In this document: in pieces, positions 8,131 to 17,955 of the stretch | Numbering within the stretch: the first letter of the stretch is position 1 | Layout of the letters: every line of letters begins with the position of its first letter | DNA from: Longimicrobiales bacterium | GTDB taxonomy: Bacteria; Gemmatimonadota; Gemmatimonadetes; Longimicrobiales; Gaopeijiaceae | Length of the DNA: 64,000 nt | Direction: 5' to 3' | Assembly (NCBI GenBank): GCA_965116905.1 | Contig: OZ220732.1 | Span: 448,001 to 512,000 of the forward strand | The notes under the pieces: generated by a model | Database searches by the model: none | Told to the model about the DNA's origin: nothing | The model's input: the letters and a program-made list of their open reading frames with translations, nothing else | Program-made: the position numbers and the translations under genes

Positions 8131-11001
8131 ATGAGCAGCACCCATTTCGACGCCCAGAACGCGGCCTACGTTCAGGCGCTCTACGAGGATTTCACCCGGA
8201 ACCCCGATGCGGTGCATCCGGAGTGGCGGGAGTTCTTCGAGCGCGGTCACAAGGCTCTCGTGGAGGACGGGCTCCTGACGGTGGAGGGCGACTCCAACGG
8301 GGCTCCGGCGCCCGCGAGCACCCCCGCGGAGCGCGTCGCGCCGCTCGCCCCGGTGGCCGCAGCCGTGGTCCCCCCGCCCACCGCTCGCGAGCCCGTGATC
8401 CCGACCCGGCCCGACGCGCGCCTTCTTTCGCTGGTTGCGCGGGCCGCGAATCTGTTGCAGGCGTTTCGCGAGCACGGCCACCAGGCAGCGCGCATCGACC
8501 CGCTCGGGAGCGAGCCCCCCGGCCACCCGCAACTCGATCCGGCCTACTTCGGCACCACCATGGAAGAGCTGGCCGAAATCCCCACCTCGGTGCTCTTCCA
8601 CGACGGCGACGATACCCCCCTGGCCTCCACACTGGACCGCCTCAAGGCCACCTACAGCGGCGCGCTCGGCTACGAGTTCGAGCACCTGGAGGATCCCGGC
8701 AAGGTCGCCTGGCTGTGGGAGCAGGTGGAGCGCGGGACGCACTTCGCCGGCTACACGGACGAGGATCGCCTGCACACGCTGGACCGGCTTACCCGGGTGG
8801 AGGGGCTGGAGCAGTTCCTCCACCGCGCCTACCTCGGGCAGAAGCGCTTCTCGATCGAGGGTACCGACATGATCGTGCCCATGCTCGACGAGGCGATCGA
8901 GATTGCGGCCGCCGACGGCGCCACCGAGGTCGTGGTCGGCATGGCCCACCGCGGCCGGCTCAACGTCCTCGCCCACATCCTCGGCGTTTCGTACGATGAG
9001 ATCCTGGGCGAGTTCGAGGGCCGGGCCACCCCCGGGAGCGCGCTGTGGGTCCCCGACCCCGGTACCGGCGACGTCAAGTACCATCACGGCGCCACGGCCG
9101 ACTACACGCTCCGCTCCGGCGACTCGATCCGGATCACGCTCGCGCCCAACCCGAGCCATCTCGAGTACGTCAATCCGGTCATTCTCGGCATGGCGCGCAC
9201 GCAACAGTACCCGGACGACAACGGCACCGACCGGGACACCTCAAGGGTCGTGCCGGTGCTGATCCACGGAGACGCGGCCTTCGCCGCCGAGGGCGTCGTG
9301 GCCGAGACCCTGAATCTGGCCCGTCTGCGCGGCTACGAGGTGGGGGGGAGCATCCACATCATCGCCAACAACCAGGTCGGCTTCACCACCAACCCGAGCG
9401 ACGGCCGCTCCACCCGTTACGCCAGCGACCTGGCCAAGGGCTACGATATCCCGGTCATCCACGCGAACGGGGACGCGCCCGAAGAGTGTCTCGCCGCCAT
9501 CCGGCTGGCCATGGCGTACCGCAAGAGGTTCCACGACGACGCTCTGATCGATCTCGTCGGGTACCGCCGGCACGGCCACAACGAAGCCGACGAGCCGGGC
9601 TACACGCAGCCGACGCTATACACGGCGATCGCCGACCACCCCACGCCGCGCGCGCGCTGGGTGCAGTCCCTGATGGAGCGGGGGCTGGTGACCGGCGACG
9701 AGGTCGCGCAGGGAGCCAGGACGCTGTCCGACGAGCTGCGCCAGGCCCAGGACCTTCGGCGGGAGGCTCCGGACGAAGAGGTCATGCTCCCCTGGACGCA
9801 TCCCGACTTCGGGGCCGTGATGCAGGACTTCGATCCCTACACGCAAGTGCCGTTCGAGCAGCTCGAGGCGATCAACGGAGCGCTGCTGACGGTCCCGGAG
9901 GGCTTCAATATTCATCCCAAGCTCAAGCGGCAGCTCGATCGGCGCGGGAAGGGGTTCGGTCCCGACTTCGCGCTCGAGTGGGCGCACGCCGAGGCGCTTG
10001 CCATCGGCACGCTCCTGCAGGACGGGATTCCGGTGCGGCTCTCGGGCCAGGACTGCGAGCGCGGCACGTTCAGCCATCGGCACCTCGTGCTCAACGATGC
10101 GGCAACGGGCGCGAAGCACACCCCCCTGGCTCAGGTCGCGGATACGCGGCTCGAGGTCTACAACTCGCCCCTCACCGAGGCGGCGGTGATCGGCTTCGAG
10201 TACGGCGTCGCCGTCGCCGCCGACCGCGACCTGGTGCTGTGGGAGGCGCAGTTCGGCGACTTCGTCAACGTGGCCCAGGTCATGATCGACCAGTTTCTGT
10301 CCGCGGGATGGTCCAAGTGGGGGCAACGTTCGCGACTGACCCTTCTGCTGCCGCACGGCTACGAGGGCCAGGGACCCGAACATTCGAGCGCCCGTCTGGA
10401 GCGATTCCTCCAGCTCTGCGCCGAGGACAACATGCGCGTGGTCTACCCGACCACGCCCGCCCAGTACTTCCACCTGCTTCGCGTGCAGGCGTTCAGCGAA
10501 CCGGAGCGGCCGCTCATCGTCATGTCGCCGAAGAGCCTCCTGCGCAACCCGATGGCCACGTCGCCGGTCAGCGAACTGGTCGAGGGTGGTTTCGAACGCG
10601 TGATCGACGACCCCGGGCTCCAGGACTGGGAGGACGCCGAGCGGATCCGCCGCCTCATCCTGTGCAGCGGCAAGGTGTACTACGATCTGGCCGGGTCCGA
10701 TGCTCGCGCGGCCGCCGACACCACCGCCATTGCGCGGGTCGAGGCCCTCTACCCGTTCCCGGATGACGAAATCCGCGCGCTGGACGCCCGCTATCCCAAC
10801 ATCGAGGAGGTGGTCTGGGTCCAGGAGGAACCCATGAACATGGGCGCCCTGACCTACATGCTGCCCCGCCTGGGCGACGCAATGCCCGGTTCGGTCGCGA
10901 TCAGGCACGTCTCCCGGCCCGAGAGGGCCAGTCCGGCCGAGGGAGACGCTGGCGACCACCAGGCCGAACAGAGGCGCATCGTGGAAGAGGCGCTCGCCTG
11001 A
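8131..11001 (+). CDS. sucA: 2-oxoglutarate dehydrogenase E1 component
   Basis: GQKRFSIEG, GMAHRGRLNVL, GDVKYH, NPSHLE, HGDAAF, NNQVGFTT, RRHGHNE, LWEAQFGDF, LPHGYEGQGPEHSSARLERFLQL. Confidence 0.97.
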   Translation: MSSTHFDAQNAAYVQALYEDFTRNPDAVHPEWREFFERGHKALVEDGLLTVEGDSNGAPAPASTPAERVAPLAPVAAAVVPPPTAREPVIPTRPDARLLSLVARAANLLQAFREHGHQAARIDPLGSEPPGHPQLDPAYFGTTMEELAEIPTSVLFHDGDDTPLASTLDRLKATYSGALGYEFEHLEDPGKVAWLWEQVERGTHFAGYTDEDRLHTLDRLTRVEGLEQFLHRAYLGQKRFSIEGTDMIVPMLDEAIEIAAADGATEVVVGMAHRGRLNVLAHILGVSYDEILGEFEGRATPGSALWVPDPGTGDVKYHHGATADYTLRSGDSIRITLAPNPSHLEYVNPVILGMARTQQYPDDNGTDRDTSRVVPVLIHGDAAFAAEGVVAETLNLARLRGYEVGGSIHIIANNQVGFTTNPSDGRSTRYASDLAKGYDIPVIHANGDAPEECLAAIRLAMAYRKRFHDDALIDLVGYRRHGHNEADEPGYTQPTLYTAIADHPTPRARWVQSLMERGLVTGDEVAQGARTLSDELRQAQDLRREAPDEEVMLPWTHPDFGAVMQDFDPYTQVPFEQLEAINGALLTVPEGFNIHPKLKRQLDRRGKGFGPDFALEWAHAEALAIGTLLQDGIPVRLSGQDCERGTFSHRHLVLNDAATGAKHTPLAQVADTRLEVYNSPLTEAAVIGFEYGVAVAADRDLVLWEAQFGDFVNVAQVMIDQFLSAGWSKWGQRSRLTLLLPHGYEGQGPEHSSARLERFLQLCAEDNMRVVYPTTPAQYFHLLRVQAFSEPERPLIVMSPKSLLRNPMATSPVSELVEGGFERVIDDPGLQDWEDAERIRRLILCSGKVYYDLAGSDARAAADTTAIARVEALYPFPDDEIRALDARYPNIEEVVWVQEEPMNMGALTYMLPRLGDAMPGSVAIRHVSRPERASPAEGDAGDHQAEQRRIVEEALA

Positions 11002-11025
11002 CAACCCGCGCACCCGCGCGCGGGG

Positions 11026-12342
11026 TCAGCCTTTTTCGGGCACCGCGATCCCGTACTGCAGCAGCGTGGCCCTCAGCGTCGGGCGGCCGAGGCGCACACG
11101 GCTGTCATCGAGCAGGAACGAGAAGACGTAGCCGGCGCCGAGCATCAGGATCCCGATCAGGAAGCAGTACATGACGGCCCGGTCCGGGTAGGTGTCCTTC
11201 AGGTATCCCACGTACATGGGTCCGATGATCCCCGCCGCGGACCACGCGGTGAGCACCGTACCGTAGATCTTCGACATGTTCCGGGAGCCGAAGACGTCGA
11301 CGATGAACGACGGCATCGTCGCGAAACCGCCCCCGAAGCAGAGCAGCACGTAGCAGACGAGGATCGAGAAGATCCAGGGGTTGGAATTCGTCATCAGGAT
11401 GCCGAACACCACCATCTGGCTGGAGAGCAGGATCCTGAACACCGCGACGCGTCCGAGGCGGTCGGACAGCAGTCCCCAGAAGATGCGGCCCACTCCGTTG
11501 CACAGCGAGCTGACCGCGATGAGCGTGGCCCCGTACTCGGCAAGGGTCGCGGGATCGATCGAGGGGTCGGCCAGCCCCCAGACCTCCTGAAGCAGCTCGG
11601 ACTGGAAGCTGATGACGGAAATGCCCGCGGCGATGTTGAAGAAAAAGACCGTCCACATGATCGCGAACTGGCTGGTGCGCAGGTACGGAGCCGTGGCCTC
11701 GGCCTTCGGTGGCGGCGCCCGCGGCGAGGTCGGCCGCCGCTCCGCCACGGGCTCGGGCGGATCGCTCAGCACCAAGCTGCTCGGAATCAGGATGCACGCG
11801 AAGACGATCCCCAGCCATAGGAAGACGACCTGCAGGTCCCCCTGGGCCTGAACGACGAGCAGCGGAGCGAGACCCTTGCTGAGCAGGAAGGCCCCGACAC
11901 CGAAGCCCATCACCACGATGCCGGTGACCAGCCCCTTACGGTCGGGGTACCACTTGGCCACCGTCGCCACCGGCGTGACGTACCCCATCCCGATTCCCGC
12001 CCCGCCGATCACGCCGTAGCCGAGGTAGAACAGCCAGATCGCATCCAGGGACAGGGCCAGGCTCGCGACCAGGTAGCCGGCCGAAAAAAGGCAGCTGCCC
12101 GTTACGGCCAGGAACCGGGGGCCGACCCGGGGCAAGGCCTGCCCCGCCAGCGCCGCCGAAACGCCCAGCGTGAAGATGGTGATGCTGAATGCGGCGGCCG
12201 TCTGGCTGAAGGTCCAGCCCACGTCCCGCACGAGCATGGTCTGGAAGAAGCTCCAGGCGTACACGGTCCCCAGGCAGACCTGCAGCAGGGTGCAGAAGAC
12301 GGCGATGACGCTCCTGGGCACCCGCGTGGCTGGGGTGGACAC
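11026..12342 (-). CDS. OFA-family (YhjX / monocarboxylate transporter-like) MFS transporter
   Basis: GTVYAWSFF, GYVTPVATVAKWYPDRKGLVTG, NGVGRIFWGLLSDRLGR, about 12 TM helices. Probable GTG start at 12342, 1 bp after the upstream stop. Confidence 0.9.
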   Translation of the reverse strand: MSTPATRVPRSVIAVFCTLLQVCLGTVYAWSFFQTMLVRDVGWTFSQTAAAFSITIFTLGVSAALAGQALPRVGPRFLAVTGSCLFSAGYLVASLALSLDAIWLFYLGYGVIGGAGIGMGYVTPVATVAKWYPDRKGLVTGIVVMGFGVGAFLLSKGLAPLLVVQAQGDLQVVFLWLGIVFACILIPSSLVLSDPPEPVAERRPTSPRAPPPKAEATAPYLRTSQFAIMWTVFFFNIAAGISVISFQSELLQEVWGLADPSIDPATLAEYGATLIAVSSLCNGVGRIFWGLLSDRLGRVAVFRILLSSQMVVFGILMTNSNPWIFSILVCYVLLCFGGGFATMPSFIVDVFGSRNMSKIYGTVLTAWSAAGIIGPMYVGYLKDTYPDRAVMYCFLIGILMLGAGYVFSFLLDDSRVRLGRPTLRATLLQYGIAVPEKG

Positions 12343-12343
12343 G

Positions 12344-13120
12344 CTAGTCGCCGCCCCCGGACCCCGTTCCCTCGTCCTTCGCAAAGGCGAGGTCGTCCGC
12401 GACATACTGCATCATGCGCGCCATGTCGCCGATCTCGTCGTCGCGGACCAGGACATCGCCGTGGGTGGTCCCGTCGCTCTCCTTGTCCCGGGCCAGCGTC
12501 ACGACGTACTCCAGCAGCTCGGTCAAGGGCCTGGACGCGAGGTTGACCAGCCAGATCGACGCGAGGACCCCGGTGACGAGGATGATGCAGAGGAGGTAGA
12601 CCTGCTGGCCCACCGCGCGCTGGATCTTGAGGCCCAGACGCTCCAGGTCCATGCCCACGTGCACCGTGCCCGCCACGCCGGACAGAATCGGACTCCCAAC
12701 CTCGACGAAATCGCCCAGTCCGGGCAGGCTGCGCTCGACGGCTTCGGTGGCCGACGGATCGCTGGCCAGGATCTCCTCGGGGATGCCGGGAATGAAGGTG
12801 TGGGCCAGGAATTCCCCGGTGTCGCTGGTGATGTAGATGTAGCGGATGCTCTCGATCTGGACGAACTGGTCGATCAGCGACTGGAGCGTGGCCAGGTTGC
12901 GATTGAGCAGGATGTCCACGCTGGAGTCCGCAATGTTCTTCGCAATGCTCTCGCTGTTGCTCACGTATTCGTCCCGCAACTCGCGGGAGACCGACGAAAT
13001 CGACAGGATCGAGATCGCCAGCACCACGATCCCGAAGAGGGCGAAGAAACCGAAACGCGTTTTGCGGAAGAGTTTTCGAACCTTGAGGACTTCTTCACCC
13101 TTCTGGATCATGGCAGTCAT
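12344..13120 (-). CDS. Membrane sensor: TM - extracytoplasmic domain - TM - HAMP, with no output domain
   Basis: TM1 FGFFALFGIVVLAISIL, TM2 VYLLCIILVTGVLASIWLV, HAMP SRPLTELLEYV...RDDEIGDMARMM, then a stop. Confidence 0.8.
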   Translation of the reverse strand: MTAMIQKGEEVLKVRKLFRKTRFGFFALFGIVVLAISILSISSVSRELRDEYVSNSESIAKNIADSSVDILLNRNLATLQSLIDQFVQIESIRYIYITSDTGEFLAHTFIPGIPEEILASDPSATEAVERSLPGLGDFVEVGSPILSGVAGTVHVGMDLERLGLKIQRAVGQQVYLLCIILVTGVLASIWLVNLASRPLTELLEYVVTLARDKESDGTTHGDVLVRDDEIGDMARMMQYVADDLAFAKDEGTGSGGGD

Positions 13121-14484
13121 GAGACGGGGAACCTGCCCTCCCAGTCCTCGAGCGGAACGAAACGCTCGCCCTCCGGGACCGTGTAGTAGACTCGTTGCAG
13201 CCCCTGGCGGCGGTCGGGACCGTAGCGCACCCGCTCGCCGACCCCGAGATCGTAGTCTCGCACGGCGAAGACGGCCTCCTCGATCCCGGATCGCTGCGGG
13301 TTGTCGCCCATGCGCCGGATGATCTCGGTGATCAGCTTCGCGTTCACGAATCCCTCCAGGCTCACGAAGCTCTGGGGGAACGTGGTATACGGTTCACCGG
13401 GCGTGATCCGCTCCACGTCGTCCGGAGGAGGCGGATCGTAGCGCGCCATCAGTTCGTGGTACTCGCGGACCGCGGGGAGCGACGTGTCCTCGTAGCTCGG
13501 GACCACCTGCGAGTTGACCAGGAAGCGCGTGTGCGCATCGGCATCCGCGCGACCCTCGCGCATCAACGCGAGTAGATTCTCGCTGCCCACGAACGACACG
13601 TTGGCAACCGGTATGTGGAGCCCCAGATCCTCGGCGTCCCGGGCGAAGGCCGCGCAGGCCTGATAGGCGCCGATGCAGATCACGGCATCCGGGGAACGCG
13701 CCTGCAGGATCTCCACCTGTCCCCGCATGCTCGCCCCGAACTGCGTACCGCGCATGTAGGTCGCCTCGCCGGCCATGGTCTCGCCGTGCCTGGCCAGTGC
13801 CTCGCGCACCCCGGCCCAGCCGCTGCGCCCGTAGGCGTCGTTCTGGTAGAAGACCGCTACCCGGCGGCGCCCGATGCTCAGGAAGTTGTCGACCAGCCCG
13901 GCCGTCTCCTGGCGGTAGGAGGCGCGAAGGTTGAACGCGAACTCGCCATACGGGGGTTCGCGCTGCGGCTCCGCCCCGGTGAAGGGGAAGAAGAGATACA
14001 CCTGCTGGTCGCGGAACTTCTTCAGCACGGGGAGCGCCCGGGTGACCGTCGGCGTGCCCACGTAGTTGAAGAGCAGAAAGACGGACTCGTCCTGGATGAG
14101 CTCGATCGTGTTGGCGACGCAGGGGTCGGGCTGGTATCCGTCATCCAGCAGCTTCATCACGATCCGGCGGCCGTTGACCCCGCCGTTCTCGTTGACGTGG
14201 TTGAAGTACGCCATGGCGCCGCGGTACAGCTCGGTGCCGAGTCCCCGCGAAGGACCCGAGAACGCGGCGGACACGCCAAGGACGATCTCGTCGTCCTGAA
14301 CGGTCGCACCCACACGGCCCCGCGGCCCCGGATACGAATGGACGCCGGACGCCCCGAGCCTTCCGGCCCACGGTGCCGCCATCAGCGCCCCGAGTCCCGA
14401 GCGAACAAGTGACCGGCGGGTCATCGTGCCTGACCGTTTTTGTCGCCCCTCGCCCTCTCCTCCGCCGCCAATGCGAGTCGTCAC
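13117..14484 (-). CDS. Periplasmic solute-binding protein, LivJ/Peripla_BP_6 type, with Tat signal
   Basis: MTRRSLV twin-arginine signal (alternative start 14424), LGVSAAFSGP, NGGVNGRRI, DDGYQP, VGTPT, FYQNDAYG. ATGA overlap with the HAMP gene. Confidence 0.88.
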   Translation of the reverse strand: MTTRIGGGGEGEGRQKRSGTMTRRSLVRSGLGALMAAPWAGRLGASGVHSYPGPRGRVGATVQDDEIVLGVSAAFSGPSRGLGTELYRGAMAYFNHVNENGGVNGRRIVMKLLDDGYQPDPCVANTIELIQDESVFLLFNYVGTPTVTRALPVLKKFRDQQVYLFFPFTGAEPQREPPYGEFAFNLRASYRQETAGLVDNFLSIGRRRVAVFYQNDAYGRSGWAGVREALARHGETMAGEATYMRGTQFGASMRGQVEILQARSPDAVICIGAYQACAAFARDAEDLGLHIPVANVSFVGSENLLALMREGRADADAHTRFLVNSQVVPSYEDTSLPAVREYHELMARYDPPPPDDVERITPGEPYTTFPQSFVSLEGFVNAKLITEIIRRMGDNPQRSGIEEAVFAVRDYDLGVGERVRYGPDRRQGLQRVYYTVPEGERFVPLEDWEGRFPVS

Positions 14485-14633
14485 CTCAGAGTCCTCTCTT
14501 TCCTGGGAACAAGCTCGTCTCGCAGCTGGTTACAGGCGCAACAGGGCGCCCACGTTACAAAAACGTAAGCCATCCACCGCGCCCCGATCAACGCGTCGGC
14601 TTCCGATCGCCGCCGGACCAAAGTGGTGCTGTC

Positions 14634-14683
14634 CGCCGCTTATCGCCGCTTATCGCCGGTTTTCGCCGCTCAACGCCGCCGAA
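14634..14683. repeat. 10-bp tandem repeat, five imperfect copies across the peptidase stop codon
   Basis: cgccgcttat cgccgcttat cgccggtttt cgccgctcaa cgccgccgaa. Confidence 0.6.
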
Positions 14684-16049
14684 TCTGGCCGGTTGGGAAG
14701 GAGACGACGCTTTCGTTGCCGTCCCGCCCGACCGCCGCGACCCCGAACAGGTAGTTGTCGATCACGAGTCCCTCGAGCGTGTGGCTGGTCACATCGCCGA
14801 CCCAGCGGGAGTGCTGCCACCGGGGCGCGGTGGTGTCGCGCCAATAAACCTTGTATCCAGCCAGACGCGGGTCGTCGACCGCCTCCCACTCCAGTGTGGT
14901 GGACGGCCTGACGGCCCCGCCGATCAGCACGCCGGTCGGGGCCGGCGGCGCCCAGGCGAGGCGTGCCAGCACCGCCGCGTTGACCGCGGTCATTCGTGCC
15001 GCGTAGTCGAAGTTGACGCCCTCGATCACGTCGCCGTACTCGATGCCGTTCTCGGTGCGGATGTCCTGGTGCTGACGGGTGTAGTTCTCGTGCGTCTCCA
15101 TGATCCGCACCGCCGCGAAGCCCTCGTCGTTGAAGGGGCGGTGGTGGCCGCCGCGCCCGAAGCGGTCGAGGCGGTAGATCATGATGGGGTCCAGGTTGGG
15201 GATGTAGGCGTCCGCCGTGGCGGCGACGTAGCGCGCCAGTTGCCGCGAGGGTCCGTCCACCTCGCCGCCGAAGACCCGATAGCGCCGCCGTTCCGCCTCC
15301 GTGTCGGTCACCGGCGTGGGCTCCGAGAAGACGCGGAAGGTGTTGTTCTCGATCACACCGTCAACGCCCTCGATGTTGCCGATCATGTCGTTGTTGAGGA
15401 CGCCGATGATCTCCCAGCCCTCTTCCCGCGCGACCGCGGCCATGTGACGCCCGCCCCAGAGCCCCTGCTCCTCGCCGGACAGTCCGGCCAGGATCACCGA
15501 GTTGCCGAACTCCTGGTCGGCGAGGAGTCTCGCGGCTTCGATCGCTCCCGCCATTCCGGATGCGTTGTCGTTGGCCCCGGGGGCGTCGGTTTCGGCGTCG
15601 TTGCCACTCGATGCGCGCGAATCGATGTCCCCCGACATGATGACGTAGTGGTTCGGGTTGACGGTCCCGCGCTTGATTGCCAGGACATTCACGATCCAGG
15701 TGTCGCCGGGGATGCGCGGGCTGAAGTCGGCGGTGACCAGATTGCGCTGATACACCACGTCGTAGCACCCGCCGCACGCCTCCGAGATGCGCTCGAACTC
15801 TGCTTTGATCCAGCGGCGGGCCGCCCCGATCCCCCGCGTCGCCGACAGCGTGTCGGAGAACGTGTTGCGGGTGCCGAACCCCGCGAGCATGCGGATGTCC
15901 GCCTCGACCCGTTCGGGAGACGCCGCCTCCACGATGTCGTAGATGCGGGGATCCAGCTGAGGAGGCACCTGCGCCGTCAGGCCGGCCGGAGCAAGCGTGG
16001 CCACGACCGCGATCCACATGAAGGCGCCAGGGCTCGTTCCGAAGTCCAT
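14670..16049 (-). CDS. Secreted M28 family metallopeptidase with C-terminal FN3-like domain
   Basis: Signal peptide, SGDIDSR, APGANDNASG, SGEEQGLWG, LNNDMIG, GRGGHHRPF. Confidence 0.9.
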   Translation of the reverse strand: MDFGTSPGAFMWIAVVATLAPAGLTAQVPPQLDPRIYDIVEAASPERVEADIRMLAGFGTRNTFSDTLSATRGIGAARRWIKAEFERISEACGGCYDVVYQRNLVTADFSPRIPGDTWIVNVLAIKRGTVNPNHYVIMSGDIDSRASSGNDAETDAPGANDNASGMAGAIEAARLLADQEFGNSVILAGLSGEEQGLWGGRHMAAVAREEGWEIIGVLNNDMIGNIEGVDGVIENNTFRVFSEPTPVTDTEAERRRYRVFGGEVDGPSRQLARYVAATADAYIPNLDPIMIYRLDRFGRGGHHRPFNDEGFAAVRIMETHENYTRQHQDIRTENGIEYGDVIEGVNFDYAARMTAVNAAVLARLAWAPPAPTGVLIGGAVRPSTTLEWEAVDDPRLAGYKVYWRDTTAPRWQHSRWVGDVTSHTLEGLVIDNYLFGVAAVGRDGNESVVSFPTGQIRRR

Positions 16050-16107
16050 TCTGTCAAGCCTCCCGGTCTTGGAGGTGGATGAAATGCCGCTCGAACGGGG
16101 GTCGAAC

Positions 16108-17106
16108 CTAGCCCCCGCCCCGCCCCTCCGCACCCCACACGATCACGATCTTCCCGAAGTTCTGGTTGGCTTCCATGCGGCGGTGCGCGTCCGCCACCCG
16201 GGACGCGGGGAAGACGCGGTCTATCGCAGGCGCAAGGGTACCGTCCTGGAAGCCGGGGAGCACCGATGCGGTGAAGTCGCGGGCCAGGTCGGCCTTCTCC
16301 CCCACCCCCCTCGCCCGCAGCACCGTCCCGAAGAGGCGCGCGCGTCGCGCCATCAGGGACCTCAGGTCGATCTCCGCGCGGCTCCCACCCGGCACGCCGA
16401 CCACCACGTGCCGCGCTCCCACCGCGATCGCGGCCTGGTTCCTCGCAAGATAGGGCGCCCCCACGAGATCGAGGATCACGTCCGCCCCCCTGCCGCCCGT
16501 CGCGGCCATCACGGCCTCGTCCCACGCGTCCCCACCGTTCAGGCCCAGCCCGAGACCCAGTTCGGCGGCCCGTTCCAGCTTGGACGGCGTGCGCGACGTC
16601 CCGATCGTCTGCGCGCCCGCGCGCCGCGCCAGCTGCACCGCGGCGGTCCCGACACCGCTCCCCACCGCGTGGACCAGCAGGGTCTCCCGCCGCTTGAGCC
16701 CGGCCTGCCGAAAGACCGCGTCCCATGCGGTCATGTAGACTTCGGGAATCGCCCCGGCGACCGTCATGTCCATCCCGGCCGGCACCTGCACGGCCACCCG
16801 TTCGTCCACCACGACGCGCTCGGCGTAGCCCCCACCCGCCACGATGCCCATGACGCGGTCGCCCGGCACCCATCGCGTCACGGCGGCTCCCACGCGCTCC
16901 ACCACCCCCGCGAACTCGAGCCCCGGCACTTCGGATGCCCCCGGCGGCGGCGGATACAGCCCACGGCGCTGGAGCACGTCCGCCCGGTTCACGCCGGACG
17001 CCCTCACCCCGACCAGCACTTCGCGGCCCGACGGCTCGGGGTCCGGCAGGGACTCCAGGCGCAGGACGTCCGCTTCGCCGAATTCGGGAATCACGACGGC
17101 ACGCAT
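16108..17106 (-). CDS. NAD(P)H-quinone oxidoreductase, PIG3/zeta-crystallin (MDR) family
   Basis: GVNRADVLQRRGLYPPPPG, PGLEFAG, GGGYAE, HAVGSGVGTAAVQ, GKIVI. Confidence 0.93.
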   Translation of the reverse strand: MRAVVIPEFGEADVLRLESLPDPEPSGREVLVGVRASGVNRADVLQRRGLYPPPPGASEVPGLEFAGVVERVGAAVTRWVPGDRVMGIVAGGGYAERVVVDERVAVQVPAGMDMTVAGAIPEVYMTAWDAVFRQAGLKRRETLLVHAVGSGVGTAAVQLARRAGAQTIGTSRTPSKLERAAELGLGLGLNGGDAWDEAVMAATGGRGADVILDLVGAPYLARNQAAIAVGARHVVVGVPGGSRAEIDLRSLMARRARLFGTVLRARGVGEKADLARDFTASVLPGFQDGTLAPAIDRVFPASRVADAHRRMEANQNFGKIVIVWGAEGRGGG

Positions 17107-17175
17107 GGCAGGTAATGTACACGGGTGTGCGCATATGCGTGTGCGCCCGCCTCCGAGCGGTTAGAATAGTCCGCC

Positions 17176-17955
17176 ATGGAACTTCCCTTCGACCTCGACC
17201 GCCCGGTCACGTTCTTCGACCTCGAGACCACCGGACTGAGCCTGTCCCGCGACCGAATCGTCGAACTGGCGATCATCCGGGTGTCACCACAGGGCGACGT
17301 CTTCGAGAAGGTGCGGCGCTACAACCCCGAGATGCCGATCCCCGCCGAGGCCGCCGCGGTCCACGGGATCACCGACGACATCGTGGCCGACGAGCACCCC
17401 TTCCGCGCGACGGCGAAGTCGCTGGCCCGGCTGCTGGAGCCGTGCGATCTGGCGGGCTTCAACATCCGGCGCTTCGACCTGCCGATCCTCCTCGCCGAGT
17501 TTCGGCGCGCCGGGGTGCCCTTCGAGGTCAGGGACCGGCGCCTGATCGACATGAAGATCATCTTCCACCGCGAGGAGCCGCGCGACCTGTCGGCGGCGGC
17601 GCGCTTCTACCTGGCCCGCGACCACGAGGACGCGCACACCGCGCTGGGCGACATCCGCACGACGGCCGCCGTCCTGACCGCGCAGCTGCAGAAGTACGGC
17701 CACCTCCCCCGCAACATGGACGGGCTGCACGCCTATTGCGACGAGAGGGATCCCTTTCTCACCGAATTCGACCGCTGGTTCTCCGATACCGCGGACGGCC
17801 TGACCTTCAAGCGGGGCAAGCACAAGGGCTCGCTGCTCGACGAGGTCGCCCGGTCGGCCCCCGACTACCTCGAGTGGATGATGGGCGCCGACGACATGCC
17901 GGCCGAGGTGCTGGAGGCGGTCGGACAGGCGCTCGCGAGGACCCGCGGGCCGTGA
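17176..17955 (+). CDS. DEDDh 3'-5' exonuclease (Pol III epsilon-like) with C-terminal DUF3820-like domain
   Basis: FDLETTG, AGFNIRRFD, AHTALGD, FKRGKHKG...PDYLEWM. Confidence 0.9.
   Translation: MELPFDLDRPVTFFDLETTGLSLSRDRIVELAIIRVSPQGDVFEKVRRYNPEMPIPAEAAAVHGITDDIVADEHPFRATAKSLARLLEPCDLAGFNIRRFDLPILLAEFRRAGVPFEVRDRRLIDMKIIFHREEPRDLSAAARFYLARDHEDAHTALGDIRTTAAVLTAQLQKYGHLPRNMDGLHAYCDERDPFLTEFDRWFSDTADGLTFKRGKHKGSLLDEVARSAPDYLEWMMGADDMPAEVLEAVGQALARTRGP

Noticed and set aside
14529..14570. GTTACA direct repeats upstream of the SBP operon
   Set aside because: Only 6 bp with 25-bp spacing, too weak to call without comparative data.
16935..17954. 1357-aa ORF implying a long N-terminal extension of the VPS10-like protein
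   Set aside because: The extension is a shadow frame over the exonuclease gene. The signal peptide begins after 17955.
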